From contig CAJARA010000032.1 in the NCBI GenBank assembly GCA_903944295.1, positions 1-36,933 on the forward strand: DNA of 36,933 nt, written 5' to 3'. This stretch comes from an uncultured Chloroflexota bacterium. GTDB taxonomy: Bacteria > Chloroflexota > Limnocylindria > Limnocylindrales > Limnocylindraceae. Within the stretch, counting starts at the first letter, position 1. Each line of letters starts with the position of its first letter. Below, piece after piece: positions 1 to 7,175 of this stretch. The notes under the pieces were generated by a model. It did not search any database. It was not told where the DNA came from and saw only the letters and a program-made list of their open reading frames with translations. The position numbers and the translations under genes are program-made.

Positions 1-1
1 C

Positions 2-136
2 ACGGGGGCCGCCTCAAAGACGTACACGGTGAAGGCTGCCGACCGTGGCTTCTACCTGAGAGTGCGCGTCACGGCGACGGGGCCGACAGGACAGGGCTTC
101 AGGATGAGCCAGTCCACTGGATACGTACCAAACTAG
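2..136 (+). CDS. 3' end of a CDS truncated by the window edge; C-terminal repeat-like segment of a probable surface/secreted protein
   Basis: Frame is open from position 2 to TAG at 134-136 (...TGAASKTYTVKAADRGFYLRVRVTATGPTGQGF...). The Y-x-V-x-x-x-D-x-G-x-x-L-x-V-x-V-T-A pattern is typical of Ig-like tandem repeats in surface proteins. It is absent from the ORF track because it has no start in the window. Confidence 0.4.
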   Translation, partial: TGAASKTYTVKAADRGFYLRVRVTATGPTGQGFRMSQSTGYVPN

Positions 137-432
137 TTTTCGCCACCGCCACGCCCGTAATCAGCCGGGTAGCAGCTGCGCATCCTGCCGCGCGCTGGGG
201 TGAGACGCTCGCTCGCGGGGTAGCATAGGGCTACCAAGCGAGAGGGAGGGGTCATGCAGGAGAGCTGGGGAACTGTTGAGCGCCGAACCGTCCTCCTGGT
301 CGCCACACGGGCCACACGTGTCGTTCACGTTGAGATTCATGGGTTTGTCACGCTGCAATAGCGGGGGGCGTCCTTCTGCCCGGATGGTGAAGTGCGAGGC
401 GCCACGCCATGCGGCATACTGCCCGTGGGCAT

Positions 433-508
433 GGTGGCCATCGTTCAATGGTTAGGACCGTGGTTTGTGGAGCCGCAGATGAGGGTTCAATTCCCTCTGG
501 CCACCCCA
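433..508 (+). tRNA. tRNA-His (anticodon GTG) with encoded G-1 and encoded 3' CCA
   Basis: Hand-folded cloverleaf. Acceptor GTGGCCA (434-440) pairs with TGGCCAC (498-504). D stem is GTTC/GGAC. Anticodon stem is GTGGT/GCCGC with loop TTGTGGA and anticodon GTG at 467-469. T arm is GAGGG-TTCAATT-CCCTC. An extra G at 433 opposite discriminator C505 is the tRNA-His hallmark. CCA lies at 506-508. Confidence 0.93.
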
Positions 509-680
509 CCCAGACCCTGGCGGCCCTCAGCCACCCCTGGCGGACCTCAGCGCCGCCTCGCCGCCGCCTCGTGAGCACGCGATTCCTTAGAGTCTTCTCA
601 TCTACCTCACAGGAGGCTCTAATTGGAGCCCCCCATAGTGATCTCAACAGGCAAAAGACCTGCGTACAGAGGAGGGTGTC

Positions 681-1097
681 ATGAACATGAGTTGGCTCTC
701 AATGATCGGTGGAGGAATCACCGCAGCTGCGACCCTCGCGGTCGGGATCTCAACGAGCGGAATCATGGCGGCAAGCCCAGTAAGCGCAGACCTCGCCCCA
801 GCGTCAGCTGAGACGATCTATGTCGAGCAGCCGATTATTGAAGTGTCGGCCTCCGGGTTCCCGTATGCGACCGTTTCAGTTGATCCAATCGTGATCGCAA
901 TCCTCCCAGCTCCAACCCCAACTGAAACGTCAACTGCCTCAGGTCCGACAGCAACTGATCCGTCAGTGACACCTGATCCGTCAGTGACACCTGATCCGTC
1001 AATGTCAATCCCGCCGGTTCCAGGCGACGATGAATCTGTTGATGACGGCGAAGGCGAAGAAGAATATGAAGGGCCAGAAGAGGGCGAAGACGACTGA
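681..1097 (+). CDS. Secreted hypothetical protein with a Pro/Thr-rich repeat region and a strongly acidic C-terminal tail
   Basis: GGAGG sits 6 nt upstream of the ATG. N-terminal signal-like segment is ...ITAAATLAVGISTSGIMAASPVSA/DL. It contains DPSVTP repeats, the tail is DDESVDDGEGEEEYEGPEEGEDD, and it has no Cys. It shares a short module (IYVEQP...VSVDPIVIA) with the next ORF. Confidence 0.65.
   Translation: MNMSWLSMIGGGITAAATLAVGISTSGIMAASPVSADLAPASAETIYVEQPIIEVSASGFPYATVSVDPIVIAILPAPTPTETSTASGPTATDPSVTPDPSVTPDPSMSIPPVPGDDESVDDGEGEEEYEGPEEGEDD
957..1004. repeat. 18-bp in-frame tandem repeat (gatccgtcagtgacacct), about 2.7 copies, encoding DPSVTP units
   Basis: Two identical copies at 957-974 and 975-992, then a partial diverged copy at 993-1004. 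Confidence 0.9.
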
Positions 1098-1120
1098 ATC
1101 CGTAAAGCGTGAGGAGAACC

Positions 1121-1816
1121 ATGATGGCAAAGAACAAGTCTGAACAACTCGCTCCGGTAGAAGAGAGCTCACTCACTCCGGCGGCGGAGAAGCGTCGACC
1201 AGATCCAAAGCCACTTCAGCGAGCCTGGGGTGCACTTGGGGCCGCTGCAGGAAGCGCGCTCCTTGCAACGATCGTTGGGCCAATGGTGGCCTCTGCATCG
1301 AGCGGCTTCAGTCTTGATGGCGCAAGCGCCACGGAAGATTTGACCACAACGAGCGGGTCTGTGGAAGCAACTCAGGCGTACATTTATCTCGCGCCAGGAG
1401 AGGTCGCACCAGAGGGCGCGCCAGTTGTTCAGCTCGATCCAATCACGGTGGTGACGTCCCCGGTGCCAGGAAGCACTGTGGTACAGGTAAAGCCGAAGCC
1501 AAAGGTTGTGTACATCTACCTCAAGCCAGGCGAGGCTCCTCCCGCAGGAGCAATTGTTCAGCAGGCTGGCCAAGTTGCAGCTGCAACTCCTGCGCCAGCA
1601 GCAACGGGCGCAACGCCAGCACCTGGTGCAGGTGCAACGCCGCGACCAGCCACGCCGCCACCTGCGGCCACACCACGACCAGTGACGCCGCCACCTGCAG
1701 CAACACCGCCACCTGCAGCAACACCGCCACCTGCAGCAACACCGCCGCCTGTGGCTACACCACGACCGGTGACGCCACCACCGCCGCCACCACCAACGAA
1801 ACCATCGGGTGGCTGA
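1121..1816 (+). CDS. Membrane-anchored (N-in) hypothetical protein with duplicated YIYLxPGE module and a long C-terminal Pro/Ala/Thr linker
   Basis: ATG at 1121 is preceded by GAGGAG at 1111-1116; the ORF track starts at GTG 1109. A basic N-region (KRRPDPK) is followed by the hydrophobic span WGALGAAAGSALLATIVGPMVASA. It has two YIYL(A/K)PGE...P.GA.VVQ modules. The C-terminus is (TPPPAA)n...PPPPPPPTKPSGG and ends 8 nt inside apbE. Confidence 0.65.
   Translation: MMAKNKSEQLAPVEESSLTPAAEKRRPDPKPLQRAWGALGAAAGSALLATIVGPMVASASSGFSLDGASATEDLTTTSGSVEATQAYIYLAPGEVAPEGAPVVQLDPITVVTSPVPGSTVVQVKPKPKVVYIYLKPGEAPPAGAIVQQAGQVAAATPAPAATGATPAPGAGATPRPATPPPAATPRPVTPPPAATPPPAATPPPAATPPPVATPRPVTPPPPPPPTKPSGG
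1637..1795. repeat. Imperfect in-frame tandem repeats (18-bp unit acaccgccacctgcagca, nested in 33-36-bp units) encoding TPRP(A/V)/TPPPAA
   Basis: Near-identical 18-mers at 1685-1702, 1703-1720, 1721-1738 and 1739-1756. They are flanked by related TPRPx-TPPPAA units. Confidence 0.85.
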
Positions 1817-2879
1817 TCTGCAACCGTTGCAACAGCACACGCTGGACGAGGCAGCTCACTGGGTCGACCACTCGCAGCACGCAATGGGTGGGCATCTTGG
1901 AATCAGAGTTACGTTGACCGATGCCCTGAACGAGTCCGGCGAACGTGTGATCCGCAACCTGATGCAGCAGATCGGAGCTCGAGTTGAGACATGGGCCGCG
2001 CTACTGACAAGGCACCACGCTTCACAACTCACCCGACTGAATGAAGCGAGCGGAGCTGCGGTGCGCGTTGGACCAACCATGACTGCGCTGCTGAGCTGGT
2101 CGGCCGACGCCTGGGAGGCGACTGGCGGGCTCGTCAACATTGCAATGCTGGATGAACGCCTTGCGGCAGAGACCGGCACTCCAACGCGAGGGCAGGCGAT
2201 GAGCCGCGACTGGCGCCTTGAACTCACGCACTGGCGCCACGAGGATCATGCACACCTCCGCGGAGGACTCCTCCACCGACCAGAGGGTCTCCACTTTGAT
2301 CTTGACGGCGTGGGGAAGGGCTGGATCGCTGATCGCGCCGCCGCACTTCTCGCTCGCATCCTTGACTCCAAAGTGCGCGCCGGTGAGATCCCCGAGTGGA
2401 GTAGCTGCTTCGTGGATGGTGATGGTGATATTGCAATCCAGAATCGAGGCGGGGCTGAGACGGAGGTGCGCATTGAAATTCCGCGTGCCTCAGAGTCAAC
2501 GATTGGTGCAATTCGGGTGAGCGGGGCTTCGGCTGGCATCGCAACGTCAGGTACTGGAGTCCACCACTGGGGTGGTCGCCACCACATCATTGATCCGCAG
2601 ACCGGTGCGCCAGCAGATAGCGGCATTGCACAGGCAACAGTGGTTGCTGAGAGCGCACGTGAGGCTGAGGCCTGGGCCAAGTCGATTGTCATTGGCGGCG
2701 CGGCACTCATTCGTCGAGCTGAAGCGGCTGGGGTGCGGAGAATCGTAGCCGTCCAGACGAACGGGAAGATCATTAGCGCACCTGCCCTGGAGCCCCTCAA
2801 TGCGCGCAATCAGTACACGCCACGCTCCGCTTTGGAGGGGGACGTAGCGACCACCGATGCTACGGTAAGCGCCATATGA
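1809..2879 (+). CDS. apbE: FAD:protein FMN transferase (ApbE/Ftp family); no signal peptide or lipobox in this frame
   Basis: ApbE-family landmarks are present: AMGGHLGIRV near the N-terminus (MGT-like), FDLDGVGKGWIADRAA, and GIATSGTGVHHWGGRHHIIDPQTGAP. The GTG start at 1809 overlaps the upstream stop (GTGGCTGA). An in-frame TGA at 1770-1772 rules out any longer N-terminus. Confidence 0.85.
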   Translation: MADLQPLQQHTLDEAAHWVDHSQHAMGGHLGIRVTLTDALNESGERVIRNLMQQIGARVETWAALLTRHHASQLTRLNEASGAAVRVGPTMTALLSWSADAWEATGGLVNIAMLDERLAAETGTPTRGQAMSRDWRLELTHWRHEDHAHLRGGLLHRPEGLHFDLDGVGKGWIADRAAALLARILDSKVRAGEIPEWSSCFVDGDGDIAIQNRGGAETEVRIEIPRASESTIGAIRVSGASAGIATSGTGVHHWGGRHHIIDPQTGAPADSGIAQATVVAESAREAEAWAKSIVIGGAALIRRAEAAGVRRIVAVQTNGKIISAPALEPLNARNQYTPRSALEGDVATTDATVSAI

Positions 2880-3547
2880 AACACCAGGGTCTCCCCCGCG
2901 CACTTCAGGCACTTCTCTGGGTCGCCTTTGCCGCCGTGGTGGGGGTGATCTTCTACGGTTCGCTACCAAGCGCCGTGGCGGCAATCTTTCACCTGGCAGA
3001 TGTTGAGCCTGAGAAGATCCCGTGGATGACCTCAAGGATCACCGCGTTCCTCTCATACGGCGCACTTGCCGCCTCCTCCATCTACGGCCTTGCAATGACG
3101 ACCAAGACGCTTGACGTGATCGCCCGACGCGTGGTCACCGACACGCTGCATGAGAACCTCAGTTTCTGGGGGCTCCTCCTCGGCATCACGCATGCAGTCC
3201 TGCTCATGTTTGACAACTACATTCAGTTCACGTGGGAGTCGATCCTGATCCCCTTCGCTGCGAGTTACCGACCAGATGCCGTGGCGTACGGGGTCTTTGC
3301 GTTCTATCTGACAACACTCCTGGTGATAACAAGTAAGGCGCGGCGCTGGATTGGCATGCGCCTCTGGCGCGCGATCCACCTCCTTGCCTTTGTTGCGTTC
3401 GGTCTCCTCACCGCGCACGGACTCGCCGCCGGCACAGATAGCGGAACGATCTGGGCGAGGGCGCTCTACATTGGCTCAGTCACCCTCGTCGTCTTCTTCT
3501 TCGCGGTCCGCATCCTTCAGAAACTCACGGGTGCGAACCGCCGATAA
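2876..3547 (+). CDS. Ferric-reductase-like transmembrane haem protein (MsrQ/YedZ-like, six predicted TM helices)
   Basis: ATGA start/stop overlap with apbE. It is a hydrophobic 223-aa protein with paired His on alternate helices (HENL...THAVLL and IHLLAF...AHGL), as in the FRD/MsrQ b-haem fold. Confidence 0.72.
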   Translation: MKHQGLPRALQALLWVAFAAVVGVIFYGSLPSAVAAIFHLADVEPEKIPWMTSRITAFLSYGALAASSIYGLAMTTKTLDVIARRVVTDTLHENLSFWGLLLGITHAVLLMFDNYIQFTWESILIPFAASYRPDAVAYGVFAFYLTTLLVITSKARRWIGMRLWRAIHLLAFVAFGLLTAHGLAAGTDSGTIWARALYIGSVTLVVFFFAVRILQKLTGANRR

Positions 3548-3565
3548 CTCGTCTAGGGTTGCGCG

Positions 3566-4882
3566 ATGACCGCACCAGCAGCAACACGTCTACCACTGAC
3601 GCGCAATCCACGATTCCTCCGCCTCTGGGCGGCGGAGACGATCAGCCACTTCGGCTCGAGCATTACGGGGATCGCACTCCCCTTTGTTGCGATCACACTC
3701 CTGCAGGCGGGCCCACTAGAGGTAGCGATCCTCAACCTCGCCGACTTCCTCCCCTTCCTACTCATCGGACTACTCGCTGGCGCACTCGTGGATCGACTCC
3801 CGCGACGCGCCGTGCTGATCGGTGGCGATCTCGGTCGCGCCCTGCTGATCTTGACGATTCCACTCGCCTACCTCGCCGGAGTTCTGACACTCCCCCAGCT
3901 GATCGCTGTTGGATTCCTGGTCGGAGTGCTCACCGTCTTCTTTGACGTTGCGTACCAGGCGTATCTCCCCTCCCTGATTGGACGCGAGGATCTCGTTGAA
4001 GGGAATAGCAAGTTGGAGTTCAGTCGCTCCGCCGCTGGACTCCTTGGGCCAGGGCTCGGTGGGCTTCTGGTTGACCTGCTCCGCGCCCCGGTGGCGATGC
4101 TCGTTGATGCCGCATCTTTCCTCGCCTCTGCACTCTTCCTCGCCTCCATCAAGGACCGAGCCGCGTCTACGCCGGCGGTGAGCAGCGCACCCACGACTGA
4201 GCGTGACGGTGGACTGCCGACACCGGCACGAGGTGCAATGCGACGCGAGATTGCTGAGGGTCTGCGCTTTGTCTTTGGGCACCCCGTCTTGCGCACAATC
4301 GGCGCCGCTACCGCCACCTCTAATCTCTTCTCAAGCATTGGTGGCGCCGCCTTCATGCTCTTTGCAATCAACGAGCTGCAGATGTCCCCCGCGCTGATCG
4401 GTCTCGCCTTCTCGCTCGGCTCAGTTGGTGGTCTCTTGGCATCGCTCGTGGCTGGACCGCTCAGCCGACGCTTCGGCGTGGGGCGCGTGATCGTGGCAAC
4501 AGTGGCACTCGGGGGGCCGTTCGAGTTCGCCGTTGGGCTTGGGAGTGCTGGCGCGGATGCCCTCAACCTCGCCCTGATTGCGGCGGCCGGGTTCGCTATG
4601 GGTGGCTCTGGGACGATCTACAACATCAACCAGGTCAGCCTTCGCCAAGCGATCACCCCTGAGGCGATGTCCGGCCGGATGAACGCCACTATGCGCTGGT
4701 TTGTCTGGGGGACGATGCCGATCGGCTCCATCATTGGCGGCATCATTGGCGAAACGCTCGGCGTACGCGCAGCGATTCTCATCGGTGGCGCTGGCGCGTC
4801 GCTCGCCTTCATCCCCCTCCTCTTCGGCCCTGTCTGGAAAATCAAAGAGATGCCAACAGCAGAAGAGGCGCCGCGCACCTAG
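3566..4882 (+). CDS. MFS transporter (EntS/YbdA-like MFS_3 family)
   Basis: The N-terminus NPRFLRLWAAETISHFGSSITGIALPFVAI is typical of the family. It has about 12 hydrophobic spans, and the DRLPRR loop follows TM2. Confidence 0.85.
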   Translation: MTAPAATRLPLTRNPRFLRLWAAETISHFGSSITGIALPFVAITLLQAGPLEVAILNLADFLPFLLIGLLAGALVDRLPRRAVLIGGDLGRALLILTIPLAYLAGVLTLPQLIAVGFLVGVLTVFFDVAYQAYLPSLIGREDLVEGNSKLEFSRSAAGLLGPGLGGLLVDLLRAPVAMLVDAASFLASALFLASIKDRAASTPAVSSAPTTERDGGLPTPARGAMRREIAEGLRFVFGHPVLRTIGAATATSNLFSSIGGAAFMLFAINELQMSPALIGLAFSLGSVGGLLASLVAGPLSRRFGVGRVIVATVALGGPFEFAVGLGSAGADALNLALIAAAGFAMGGSGTIYNINQVSLRQAITPEAMSGRMNATMRWFVWGTMPIGSIIGGIIGETLGVRAAILIGGAGASLAFIPLLFGPVWKIKEMPTAEEAPRT

Positions 4883-4912
4883 CGCAGCGCCTCTCTTGCT
4901 TCACTGTGTAGA

Positions 4913-5890
4913 TCAGCTCTTCGTCGTGAGCCCTCGCGAGAGCGCGAACGCCGCTGAGGCGATCGGCGCGAAGAGGAGGAGCACCGCAAGGGTGAGCCCC
5001 GTTGGGTCGCTTGGCTCAGTCGGTGGTGTCACGCAGTCCCCACAGAGGGTTGGCGCAATGCGAATCACACCGGCATCGCTGGCAAGCTCATAAGCACCAG
5101 CCCAGTGCAGGTTCGCTCCGTTGAGCACAGCGGCCATTGCGCCTTCGGCGTCCATCAGGCCTTCGCAGTACATCATGGTGGAGATCAGTTCGCCCTCGCG
5201 AATCACCTGATCCCCCTCAATGCGAACGCCACCGGCAATCGTGTTGCAGCCGACGCTTGCGCTCAGCTGGTCGCCGTCAATGATGATGTAGCCGCTCGCG
5301 ACGTCATACGTTGTCCCGTTGTAGTCGATCCAGAGCGGTGGGTTGCCGCCACCTGGGGCAACTCCGTCAGCCATCGCAAAGTGCACACCGTTTTCAATGC
5401 GAATGAGACCGTCGGCACTTGTGATCCCGTCAGCAACAATGCGAAGGTCCTCGCCCTCAAGAATCTTGCCAAGCGCAGCTTCAGCGTCCATCAGCCCTTC
5501 GCAGAACATCTTGGTGCTGGCGAGTGGGCCAGTGAGCGTGATCGTCCCCGTCCCCATATCCGCCCCCATCGCCACGTCAGCGCTGGCAGAGAGGGTGTTG
5601 CAGCCAACGGATGCGGTGAGGCTCCCGTTCGCGTAGTCGATGCTGCCGCTCTCAACGTTGAAGACGGCGCGGGAGAGCGAGTCGCCGGTCACGAGCTGGG
5701 TGAACGGCTCGCTGAAGAAGAGGCCGCCGAACATCTCAGGGAAGGCGACGCCCCCCTGGCACATCTCAGGAGTCGATCCGTCCGCCGCTGGGGCGCAGGG
5801 GTCATCCGAAGCGGCGCGGACCGCCGCGGCTGGGTAGATCGCCCCGAAGAGGCTGAGCGCCACGAGGGCGGTGAGGAGTCGCTTACGCAT
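4913..5890 (-). CDS. Secreted protein with two META (HslJ-like) domains and a C-terminal hydrophobic anchor
   Basis: I prefer the start at the internal MRKRLLTALVALSLFGAIYPAAAVRA, which has AAGGAAAGG upstream. There are two repeats of SVGCNT...(M/K)(F/Y)CEGLMDAEx(A)...L. The C-terminus is PTEPSDPTGLTLAVLLLFAPIASAAFALSRGLTTKS. Confidence 0.72.
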   Translation of the reverse strand: MRKRLLTALVALSLFGAIYPAAAVRAASDDPCAPAADGSTPEMCQGGVAFPEMFGGLFFSEPFTQLVTGDSLSRAVFNVESGSIDYANGSLTASVGCNTLSASADVAMGADMGTGTITLTGPLASTKMFCEGLMDAEAALGKILEGEDLRIVADGITSADGLIRIENGVHFAMADGVAPGGGNPPLWIDYNGTTYDVASGYIIIDGDQLSASVGCNTIAGGVRIEGDQVIREGELISTMMYCEGLMDAEGAMAAVLNGANLHWAGAYELASDAGVIRIAPTLCGDCVTPPTEPSDPTGLTLAVLLLFAPIASAAFALSRGLTTKS

Positions 5891-6113
5891 CTGTAGCCCC
5901 TTTCCTTCGCCCGACTGGGCGTCTTCCACCCATCTGGGCAACGTCTCAGGCCCACGTGGGACCATTGAGGCACGAGGTGTGCCTCATCACCCTAACGCCA
6001 CGCGTGCGGAGAGGGTTCCCGCTGGGGTCGTGATGCTAGCCTCGCGGAGAGCGGTGGGTTCCCACCGAACGATTGGAGGGCACGTGGCGGGAGGCGAAGG
6101 GAACGGGGCGATC

Positions 6114-7175
6114 ATGCGCAGCGAGATCGCCGAGTCGGTCAGCGTTGCGACACGCCTCATCGCCGACCGGGCTCGATTCGCAGCGATCGGCACGGAGCTG
6201 GCGCGGCGCAACCCGGCGGTGGTCGTGGTCGCCGGCCGCGGCACGAGTGATCACGCCGCGATCTATGCCCGCTACCTCCTTGAGCATGCACTCGGCGTTC
6301 CGGTGGCACTCGCCGCAGCGAGCCTGCTGACGCAGTACGGCATTGAGAGCGCGTCGCCGCAGAGTGCGCTCCTCGCCTTCAGTCAGTCTGGCGCTGGCCC
6401 CGACATGATCGCCCTCGTTGAGTCGGCGAAGCGGCGTGGTGCGTACAGCGTTGCACTCACCAATGACGCGAACTCTGGACTCGCCGCGGCGGCAGACGCC
6501 ACCGCCTACCTTGACGCCGGACCAGAGCGCGCCGTTGCGGCAACCAAAACGTACATCGCTGAACTGATCAGTGTGGCGCTCATCGCCGACGCTGCGGCAC
6601 GCGCCGTTGGACGCAGCGTTGCATGGGCGAACGAGATTGAGGCGCTTCCCGCCCGAATGCAGGCAGCACTTGATGCCGCATCTTCGTGGATTGCGAATGC
6701 CGCTGACGCGCCGCTCTTCCGCACACTGCTGCGCGGCAATCGCGCGCTTGTGGTTGGACGTGGCTTTGAGTATCCAAACGCACTCGAGCTCGCCCTAAAG
6801 TTGCGCGAGACCACCGCGATGTTCGCCGACGGCTACTCCGCCGCCGATCTACTCCACGGACCGATCGCATCAGCGAATGCAGAGGTTCCAACAATCGTCC
6901 TCGCAACGGATCCGGCGACCGAGAAGAGCATCAGCGGCAGTCTCGAGCGACTCCGCGCGGTGAGTGCCCCACTTCTGCTGGTGCATAGCGGTGCCGCCGG
7001 GAGTCGCGGGGTGGCAGCGCTCGAAGAGCTCGCGCTGCCGAAGGGCCCGAGTGGCCCACTCTGTACCCCCGTCACAGCGATTGCTGGCCTGGCGATCATT
7101 GAGGCGGTTGCCACAGGGCGAGGTCTCAACCCCGACGCCCCCCAGGGCCTCACCAAAGTCACCAAGACCCTCTAG
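6114..7175 (+). CDS. SIS-domain sugar-phosphate isomerase/deaminase (GlmS isomerase-domain-like, double SIS)
   Basis: Start chosen at MRSEIAES (ATG 6114). Motifs present are VVVAGRGTSDHAA, FSQSGAGPDM and VVGRGFEYPNALELALKLRET. The upstream part of the track ORF (5871-6113) has no homology-like features and overlaps the divergent gene. Confidence 0.8.
   Translation: MRSEIAESVSVATRLIADRARFAAIGTELARRNPAVVVVAGRGTSDHAAIYARYLLEHALGVPVALAAASLLTQYGIESASPQSALLAFSQSGAGPDMIALVESAKRRGAYSVALTNDANSGLAAAADATAYLDAGPERAVAATKTYIAELISVALIADAAARAVGRSVAWANEIEALPARMQAALDAASSWIANAADAPLFRTLLRGNRALVVGRGFEYPNALELALKLRETTAMFADGYSAADLLHGPIASANAEVPTIVLATDPATEKSISGSLERLRAVSAPLLLVHSGAAGSRGVAALEELALPKGPSGPLCTPVTAIAGLAIIEAVATGRGLNPDAPQGLTKVTKTL

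Noticed and set aside
205-330. Possible cobalamin riboswitch: AGAGGGAG...GCTGGGGAACTGTTGAGCG...GTCGCCACACGGG loosely recalls the AGGGAA / GCAACTGT / GCCACTG elements.
   Set aside because: The GGTG-AATCC segment is missing and the B12-box match is poor. The only downstream feature is a tRNA, which is not a plausible riboswitch target.
161-340. Minus-strand small ORF MNLNVNDTCGPCGDQEDG..., considered as a possible Cys-containing peptide or RiPP precursor.
   Set aside because: It has no Shine-Dalgarno sequence and no neighbouring modification enzymes. It lies in a GC-rich structured spacer where spurious ORFs are expected.
1809-1816. RF2-style programmed +1 frameshift at GGC-TGA joining ORF2 to apbE.
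   Set aside because: The P-site codon GGC re-pairs poorly in the +1 frame and the SD-like GGGTGG is not correctly spaced. I kept it only as one of several explanations in the split-ApbE finding, not as a called feature.
4913-5020. C-terminus of the META protein as a sortase (LPXTG/LAXTG) or PEP-CTERM signal.
   Set aside because: The motif reads SDPTG / TEP, which matches neither consensus. I kept it only as a low-interest note.
5871-6113. N-terminal 81-aa extension of the SIS protein as listed in the ORF track.
   Set aside because: The extension overlaps the divergent META gene start and the promoter region. It has no SIS homology, whereas the internal MRSEIAES start matches family N-termini.
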